DNA of 64,000 nucleotides from an uncultured Planctomycetaceae bacterium (lineage in GTDB: Bacteria; Planctomycetota; Planctomycetia; Planctomycetales; Planctomycetaceae): contig CAWFGE010000008.1 in NCBI GenBank assembly GCA_963815195.1, forward strand, positions 544,001-608,000, read 5' to 3'. How positions within the stretch are numbered: position 1 is the first letter of the stretch; each line of letters opens with the position of its first letter. This document shows, in pieces, positions 57,504 to 64,000 of the stretch. Made by a program: the position numbers and the translations under genes. The notes beneath the pieces were generated by a model that did not search any database, was not told the origin of the DNA, and saw nothing but the letters and a program-made list of their open reading frames with translations.

Positions 57504-59093
57504 TCAACCCGCGGCCGCGCTCAAAGGTTGTTTGGCGGCGGGTTTTTGCGGGGCGGGCGGCGTCTGGGCAAGGGTGACGGTTTGCGGCCGGCGGCTGAGC
57601 CAGAACGTGTAAACCAACCCGGCAAGAAACAATCCCACGCTGACCCATTGCGAAATGGTAAAACGTGTGCCGAACTGCCCCATCTCGTCTCCGCGGAGAT
57701 ATTCGAGCGAAAACCGCGTGATGGGATACGTCAGCATGCCCATCGCCAACACCGCTCCGTCGCGGTTGCGGTAGCGGAAATAGGTCGCGGTCAAAAACGC
57801 CAAGACCAGGGCGTTCAGGGAACTGTAAATCTGCGTCGGCTGGAGCGGCATGCTCCACGGGCTGTCCGGCGAAACGAAGCCCCGCAGCACAAGGGCCGTG
57901 TCCGGCACGCTGCCCAAGGGGAAATGAATCGCCCAGGGCAATTCGCAGCGGTCGCCGTAACAGCAACCATTCATCAGACAGCCCACACGTCCAAACGCCA
58001 GCGCCAGAAAGAAACCGGGGACGGCAATGTCGGCGATCAGCAGCGGCTTGAGTTTGCGGTAATAGCAATAGCCGATCACAAAGGCGGACGCACACAACAC
58101 GCCGCCCAGCAACACCAGTCCGCCCTCTTGCAACTCGAAAGGGGCTTTGATGAGATCGAATCCGGATTTCCCGCGGAAGACTTCGTCGCGGTACTGCACG
58201 AGATAAAACAGCCTCGCTCCCGCGATCCCCACGAACAACGCCCAGATCCCCATATCCCAAATCATCTCGCCCGGAATCCCCACCCGCCGGGCGAGCCGCG
58301 CCGCGGTCAGTCCCGCCGCGAGAAACCCCAAAAACATCATAAATCCATACCCGCGGATGGGCAGCGATTGCGGGAAGGCCTGCACAAAACGCGGTGCGAC
58401 GTAGGCGTGGTGATCGCGATAGTCTTCGAGCCTCTCGCGAATCTCCGGCAGCCGGCCGCGAATCAGCCGATCCGGCGAAACGTCCGCGGAGCGGGCGGCG
58501 ATTTGGCAAACCTGTTCGGCTTTGGAGAAATCTCCGCTCTGCGCATACGCCGCGGCCAGAGTGTCCCAGTGCAGAGCGTTTTTGGGATCGGCTTTCTCCA
58601 AGGCGGTTTCGGCCAGGCGGACGGCTTTCGCCCCGTCGCGGAAACTCTCATCGGGACACGTCGCCCGCAACCAGGCCAACGGCAAATACCCCGCATCGCG
58701 ATCGGGTGCCGCGTCGATGGCCGCCTGAAAATCCTTCGCGGCCTCGGCATATTCGTAAACCTGGGCGTGCGCGAGGCCCCGCGTCACATAATGGTCGGCC
58801 AGTTGCGGGCTTTGGACCTGCTGCTCAATAATGCTCGTCTGCATTTCGATCATATTCCGCGGTCCGGATTCGACCCAAGCGGGAACGTTTACGATCACAA
58901 ACGCCCCCGCGGCCCAGATCAATGCGGGCAAGAGCACTTCGCCCAACCGCAGTTGCCGGCGATTCCGGAACAGCCAATATCCGCCGGCCAGGACCCACAG
59001 CACCAGGACCAGCCCGTAACCAAACCCCGGCACGCTGAACAGGCCGAACGACCAGTCGGCATCCAGGGGAATCCGGAAGAGAGTTTGTCGCAT
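57504..59093 (-). CDS. lgt: Prolipoprotein diacylglyceryl transferase with an inserted TPR domain
   Basis: PIRGYG, GARLFY, GGLVLLGG, FGRVGCLMNGCCYG, PTQIY, RFSLEYLR; TPR helices roughly residues 95-215. Confidence 0.88.
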   Translation of the reverse strand: MRQTLFRIPLDADWSFGLFSVPGFGYGLVLVLWVLAGGYWLFRNRRQLRLGEVLLPALIWAAGAFVIVNVPAWVESGPRNMIEMQTSIIEQQVQSPQLADHYVTRGLAHAQVYEYAEAAKDFQAAIDAAPDRDAGYLPLAWLRATCPDESFRDGAKAVRLAETALEKADPKNALHWDTLAAAYAQSGDFSKAEQVCQIAARSADVSPDRLIRGRLPEIRERLEDYRDHHAYVAPRFVQAFPQSLPIRGYGFMMFLGFLAAGLTAARLARRVGIPGEMIWDMGIWALFVGIAGARLFYLVQYRDEVFRGKSGFDLIKAPFELQEGGLVLLGGVLCASAFVIGYCYYRKLKPLLIADIAVPGFFLALAFGRVGCLMNGCCYGDRCELPWAIHFPLGSVPDTALVLRGFVSPDSPWSMPLQPTQIYSSLNALVLAFLTATYFRYRNRDGAVLAMGMLTYPITRFSLEYLRGDEMGQFGTRFTISQWVSVGLFLAGLVYTFWLSRRPQTVTLAQTPPAPQKPAAKQPLSAAAG

Positions 59094-59215
59094 GAATTCA
59101 GAATTCCATTTCGGGAGTCAAATGGGGCAGGCGGCGAGGGGCGATGACAAAAACGCTGCCGGGGTGATAACGATTCGAGGGAGAGGATGTCAACGCGGAA
59201 AGAACGCCGGGTCGG

Positions 59216-60139
59216 CTAACTCGCGGCGTCCGAACGTTCGAGGAGTTGGTTGTCGATCAAGCGCGTCTGGCCCACCTGGGCGGCGACCAAAGCGATCATT
59301 CGAGCCTGGGGAGCCGAGAGTTCTTCCAAGGTGCCGGGGTCGACGATTGTTGCATAATCGGGTTCGACGCGGGGCGTGGACTCCAACAGTTCCCGCATGT
59401 CCTGGCGGATGGATTCGAGGTTGGTTTCTCCCGCGCGGATTTTTTCTTGGGCCAGGTTCAAACTCTTGGGCAACGCCAAAGCGGCTTCGCGTTCCTCGGC
59501 GGAGAGGTATTGATTCCGGCTGCTGAGCGCCAAGCCGTCGGCATCGCGAACGGTGGGACATGCCTTGATCTCGGTGGGGACGTGCAAATCGTCGCACATC
59601 CGGCGGATGATGGTGAGTTGCTGATAATCCTTCTGTCCGAAATACGCGACATCCGCCTGGGCGATGTTGAACAGCTTGAGCACCACGGTCGTCACGCCGC
59701 GAAAATGGCCGGGCCGCTGCCGGCCTTCCCAAGCCGTCGAGAGCCCCCCGACTTCCACCGCCGTGTCGAATCCCGGGGGATAAAGCGCCTCTCGCGCGGG
59801 ATGGAAAACCAAATCCACGCCCAGCGTTTGGCAGGCCTCGACATCCTGCTCGAAGGGACGGGGATAGCGCTCGAAATCCTCGCGGGGTCCGAATTGCAGA
59901 GGGTTCACAAAGATCGTGACCACGACGACATCGCATTCGGCGCGAGCCATTCGCATCAAGCTCAAGTGACCAGCGTGCAGGGCCCCCATCGTGGGCACAA
60001 GGCCGATCCGCTGGCCGTCCTGCCGGGCAGGGGCCAAGTGCAGCCGCAGCGCGTCCGGCTTATCCACAACCCTCAACTGGGGTTGCGTGGATTCTTCCGG
60101 CAGGGCCTCTTCGGGAGCCGGCGACGGTTCGGTGCTCAT
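59216..60139 (-). CDS. panC: Pantoate--beta-alanine ligase
   Basis: VPTMGALHAGH, IFVNPLQF, RPGHFRGV, FGQKDYQQ, DGLALSSRN, RLIDN. Confidence 0.96.
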   Translation of the reverse strand: MSTEPSPAPEEALPEESTQPQLRVVDKPDALRLHLAPARQDGQRIGLVPTMGALHAGHLSLMRMARAECDVVVVTIFVNPLQFGPREDFERYPRPFEQDVEACQTLGVDLVFHPAREALYPPGFDTAVEVGGLSTAWEGRQRPGHFRGVTTVVLKLFNIAQADVAYFGQKDYQQLTIIRRMCDDLHVPTEIKACPTVRDADGLALSSRNQYLSAEEREAALALPKSLNLAQEKIRAGETNLESIRQDMRELLESTPRVEPDYATIVDPGTLEELSAPQARMIALVAAQVGQTRLIDNQLLERSDAAS

Positions 60140-60312
60140 GGGGGGGCGTCCTTCGGCGTGGAACTCTTTGGAGTCACACGCCTTGCGGGGATTCATCGGG
60201 AACGAAGGCGTCCCCGAATTTTATCCCGTCGGCTCCCCCGGGTGAATGGCGATTTTTTCCCGCCAAGAATCTCCGCGCCCCGCATTGAGGCGTTTTCCCT
60301 CGCTCAAACCCG

Positions 60313-61341
60313 CTAGGATTCCTGGGAGAGCGTCTTTTTGTCGAGCGATTGAAACCGCTCGCGAATCTGGATGAACTGCTCCTCGCAGCCGAGAAACACA
60401 TCCACCAGAAACGGATCGAACTGCGTGCCCCGGCCTTCCCCGATAATCTCTTTCGAGGTGTCGTGGCTGTATTCGGGCTTGTACACCCGCTTGCTGGTGA
60501 GGGCGTCGTACACGTCGGCGATGGCGGTGATGCGTCCGCACAGCGGAATCTGGCTCCCGGCCAGTCCGTAGGGATAACCCGCGCCGTTGAAGCGTTCGTG
60601 ATGCGTGAACGCGATGTCGCGGGCCATCGACAGGAATTTCGCTTCCGGATGGGCCTGGGCCGCCGCCAACAGCGTGTTGCCGCCGATGATGGTATGCTGC
60701 TTCATGATCTCGAACTCGGCTTCCGTGAGTGCTCCGGGCTTGAGGAGCACATCGTCGGGAATGCCGACTTTGCCGATGTCGTGAAGCGGACTGGTCAGAT
60801 ACAACAGTTGAACATAGTCCCCGTCGACGTCGTTGGCATACCGCTTGGTGTGCGTGAGTTCGCGGGCGAGGATCCGGCAGTATTCGCGCATCCGCTCCAG
60901 GTGGGCCCCGGTTTCCGTGTCCCGCGATTCGGCGAGTTTCGCCAAGGCAAAAATCGTCAAATCCCGGCTTTCCAGCGTGAGGATTCGCTCGGCCGTTTTG
61001 AGGCGAACCCGCACGTCTTCGGGATGAAACGGCTTGGTCAGAAAGTCGTCCGCTCCCGCTTCCAATCCGCGCACGGCGTTTTCGACGCCGCTGTACGACG
61101 TCAGCAGAATGAAATAAATGTACGAACTCCAAGACCGCTGCCGAACCTGCCGGCAGAGTTCCAGCCCGCTCATTCCGGGCATCTCCCAATCGGAGATGAC
61201 GAGATGGTAGTTCCCGGACCGGATGAGGGCGAACGCCTCCGCGCCGTCGTGCGCCAAGGTCACGTCGTACCCGAAGTTCTCCAACGAGTTCTTGAGCATT
61301 TCCGCGGAGATGACATCGTCATCGGTGACCAATACCCGCAT
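60313..61341 (-). CDS. Response regulator with HD-GYP phosphodiesterase domain
   Basis: REC (DDD, DWEMP, KPF); LHDIGK, HHERFNGAGYP, ADVYDAL, RVYK. Confidence 0.93.
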   Translation of the reverse strand: MRVLVTDDDVISAEMLKNSLENFGYDVTLAHDGAEAFALIRSGNYHLVISDWEMPGMSGLELCRQVRQRSWSSYIYFILLTSYSGVENAVRGLEAGADDFLTKPFHPEDVRVRLKTAERILTLESRDLTIFALAKLAESRDTETGAHLERMREYCRILARELTHTKRYANDVDGDYVQLLYLTSPLHDIGKVGIPDDVLLKPGALTEAEFEIMKQHTIIGGNTLLAAAQAHPEAKFLSMARDIAFTHHERFNGAGYPYGLAGSQIPLCGRITAIADVYDALTSKRVYKPEYSHDTSKEIIGEGRGTQFDPFLVDVFLGCEEQFIQIRERFQSLDKKTLSQES

Positions 61342-61344
61342 GAG

Positions 61345-61749
61345 TTAACCCCTGGGAGGAGTGGAGTTCTCGAAGGAAGACGCGAAGCCGGCTTCAAAAA
61401 GCTGGGACGCCTCCAAAAACCGCTGCTGCTCGCGGCGGATCGCCAGCCCGAACGAACCGAGCAGCTGGACGTCGCCGCCTTTCGCCAATTCGGCGATTTC
61501 CGCGGCCAGGCGGTGGATGCCGCGCGCGGAAACGTTCGAAGAGGTCCCTTTGACCCGGTGCGCGATGACGGCGATCTGATCCACGTCGCCGCAATCGATC
61601 GCCGACTCGAGCGCATCGAGATCCGCGGCGAACTGGCGCGCGAAGGATTGCAAAATGCGTTTCGCGAAATGGCGGTTGCCCATGCAGCGCGTGAGCAAAT
61701 CGTCCTGGTCGATCACACATTCGGTTGGCATCAGGTGGCTGGCGGACAT
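61345..61749 (-). CDS. Hpt-domain phosphotransfer protein
   Basis: AHRVKGTSSNVSA motif; adjacent to the response regulator. Confidence 0.85.
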   Translation of the reverse strand: MSASHLMPTECVIDQDDLLTRCMGNRHFAKRILQSFARQFAADLDALESAIDCGDVDQIAVIAHRVKGTSSNVSARGIHRLAAEIAELAKGGDVQLLGSFGLAIRREQQRFLEASQLFEAGFASSFENSTPPRG

Positions 61750-62241
61750 CTTCTGGCCCTCGACGATAAATGATCCCACACGGAGAAGCGGGCATCCCTG
61801 TTTCCCCGTCATCGCGCATCGCGAGTACGAATAAACTTACGTCAGACATTGGCGAGATGCGTGTTTCAGTGTCGCCGGTGGGCAACAACTCGCAAACTCG
61901 CGCAGCCCTCACGCGGGAAATTTCGGATAGTTCTTTGGAATGGGAAATGCCGTTTTTTGAAAACACGACATCCCAAATGGTGACTTCTTAAAACATAGGT
62001 GACATCCCCAGGTTGTCAAAAAATAAACGCACATTTGCGGGGAAGTCTTGAGAGAATCACCCAAAACCCCGCAAACCCCAACCGAAATCCCTCCCCGGCC
62101 GCACGTCTTCGGGAGCGGCGGTTTCCAGCCGGCGTCAGGGTTCGAGCGGCGCGAGGAGCCCGGAAGCATCGGCCAGCGGATCGAATGTGCCGACGGCAAC
62201 GCTTTTGCGGCCCAAAGCCGTTGTTCGCCGCCCCCGCCGCA

Positions 62242-62694
62242 TCAATCGCGATCGCTGTAGGCGTCCTTGGACGCGTGGCCGTTGCCGTCGCGGCTGCGAA
62301 GTTCGGCGACCTGGCGTTCGAGGTCCTGTTGCTTCTGACGGACTCGGGAGAGGGCGGCCTGCGAATGGGTCTTGGTGGAAAGCATATCCCCCAAGGCCAT
62401 CACGATGACCCACATCGTCAATAGCAGCACCACGATCCAAACGATCGTGGCCGGCAGGGGGTTCTTGTTGCGGTCGATCAGCCAATCGCCTAAGGGGATC
62501 AAGATTCCCAACAGCACCAAAATCCCGGAGGTCTGCATTCGCCGGCGGTAGCGGGCGTAGAAATGCTTGCGGTCGTTGGGGTCGAGGCCGGGATCGTTTT
62601 TCTCCTGCCTCCATTCCTGGATATGCCAGCGGAGGAACAATACGCCTGTCACGAACAGGCCCCCGCCGACTCCCACCGCGATCCAAGATTTCAT
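62242..62694 (-). CDS. Hypothetical membrane protein
   Basis: Three hydrophobic segments, RYRRRMQTS, C-terminal coiled coil. Confidence 0.7.
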   Translation of the reverse strand: MKSWIAVGVGGGLFVTGVLFLRWHIQEWRQEKNDPGLDPNDRKHFYARYRRRMQTSGILVLLGILIPLGDWLIDRNKNPLPATIVWIVVLLLTMWVIVMALGDMLSTKTHSQAALSRVRQKQQDLERQVAELRSRDGNGHASKDAYSDRD

Positions 62695-62986
62695 TCCGAA
62701 GACTCGTCTCGAATAAGATCAAAACCGAACGCCCGCACTGCCATCATAGACAAGCTGCGGACGGATTGCACGGTCAGCCTCGGGTCTCGATGAATGGGTG
62801 TGTGTTTCATAAAAATAGGTGGCTCGTCTTTCGCCCTATTTTCCAGGGGATTGGGTGGCACGTTCCTGAGCGGAGCGAAGGGCGTGGCCAGGCGCAAAGA
62901 CCACGCCCTTCGTTCCTCAGGGCGTGCCATCCAAGTCCGTACCGACTTCTGTGAAACACACACAACGAATTCGCCAAAAACCAAGG

Positions 62987-63015
62987 CCGGCGGCTAGCGC
63001 CGTACCGCTCACGTT
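62987..63015. repeat. Dispersed REP-like element
   Basis: Matches 7345-7373; sits just after the ftsH stop. Confidence 0.7.
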
Positions 63016-63043
63016 GGCGGAATAGGGGATTTCAAACGGGTTC

Positions 63044-64000
63044 TTAACTCATGCCGCCGGTTTCGCGGTGTTCGATGTCATTGTCCACGGGGCGGATTTC
63101 GAGCTGGTCGGTGCCGTGCTTGCTGTGGGTGCCGGGGCTGATCTGCGGGCTGGTCTTGTGTTCGTCGAGGATGCGTTTGAGATGATCCGCATCCATCGTT
63201 TCACATTCCAACAGCTCGCGGGCCATGTGCTCCAAAACCTCCCGGCGGGCTTTCAGGATCTCCACGGCGGTTTGGGAACTTTCTTCGATGATCTTTTTGA
63301 CCTCGAGATCGATTTCGCGGATGGTTTGCTCGCTGTGCACGACGTCGCCCGGACCCGCCTGGCTGCCGAGGAAGATGCTCCGCGAGGTTTCGCTGTAGTG
63401 CATGCGGCCGAGTTTTTCGCTCATGCCGAACTCGGTGACCATCCGCCGGGCGATGGTGGTCGCTCGTTGCAGATCGTTCTGGGCCCCGGTGGACGTTTCC
63501 TGAAAGACGATTTCCTCCGCCGCGATCCCGCCGAGCAAACAACAAATCTTGTTTTGCAGTTCGGTCTTGGTGGCGAGTTGGCGCTCGTCTTCGGGGAAGT
63601 GGAGCGTATAGCCCAAACCCATGCCGCGGGGAATGATCGAAATTTTGTGCACCGGGTCGGTGTGCGGCAGGCTGCACGCGACCAGCGCGTGCCCGCATTC
63701 GTGGTAGGACACGCGAAGCTTTTCGTCCTCGTGGATGACCCGGCCCTGTTTTTCGAGACCCGCCACCACGCGCTCGATGCCTTCTTCAAACTCAATCATG
63801 GTGACTTTGTTTTTGTTGGCCCGCGCGGCGAGGAGGGCGGCTTCGTTGACGAGGTTCGCCAAGTCGGCCCCCACGAATCCCGGCGAGATCCGCGCGATCC
63901 GCTGCAGATTCACCGAATCGTCCATTTTGACCTTGGCGGAGTGGACTTTCAGAATCTGCTCGCGGCCTTTGACGTCGGGACGGTCCACAACAACGTGCCG
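63044..64000 (-). CDS. ftsH: ATP-dependent zinc metalloprotease FtsH, 3' part
   Basis: PDVKGREQIL, GFVGADLANLVNEAAL, HECGH zinc motif, TGAQNDL, FGMS. Confidence 0.95.
   Translation of the reverse strand, partial: RHVVVDRPDVKGREQILKVHSAKVKMDDSVNLQRIARISPGFVGADLANLVNEAALLAARANKNKVTMIEFEEGIERVVAGLEKQGRVIHEDEKLRVSYHECGHALVACSLPHTDPVHKISIIPRGMGLGYTLHFPEDERQLATKTELQNKICCLLGGIAAEEIVFQETSTGAQNDLQRATTIARRMVTEFGMSEKLGRMHYSETSRSIFLGSQAGPGDVVHSEQTIREIDLEVKKIIEESSQTAVEILKARREVLEHMARELLECETMDADHLKRILDEHKTSPQISPGTHSKHGTDQLEIRPVDNDIEHRETGGMS

Overview
High-GC window that looks like a planctomycete genome (TIGR02996-LRR protein, DUF1501, two PQQ-type beta-propellers, Tat-signal Gfo/Idh/MocA proteins, dispersed palindromic repeats). 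About 1-31.3 kb and 50.9-64 kb are host backbone: panD, alpha-2-macroglobulin, ZIP transporter, M24 peptidase-accB-accC, photolyase, sialidase-like protein, an Hsp70/WD40 pair carrying J-like domains, RRM protein, sigma70, ECF sigma/anti-sigma, TPR-containing lgt, panC, HD-GYP regulator/Hpt, ftsH. Between two convergent tRNAs (Ser-CGA 31309-31396, +; Arg-ACG 50792-50865, -) lies a ~19.4 kb composite island. It holds an apparent integrase-tail remnant, two incomplete IS3-family elements, a broken DUF1156 methylase (5' part lost, IS1380 inserted with a clean ATGAA duplication), a DUF262/HNH nuclease, a DUF499 ATPase, and a satellite-like module. That module is the best candidate for an undescribed system: a sigma54-activator-like AAA+ protein with a large unrecognised N-terminus, five helically phased CTTTCC boxes, a consensus -24/-12 sigma54 promoter, and then a small HTH gene, a tRNA-Arg(CCT)-like cloverleaf, an AlpA-type excisionase, a primase-helicase with TGACG repeats, and a tyrosine integrase. 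Apparent single-base frameshifts occur throughout the window and are probably assembly errors. All family assignments come from motif recognition by eye; no searches were run.
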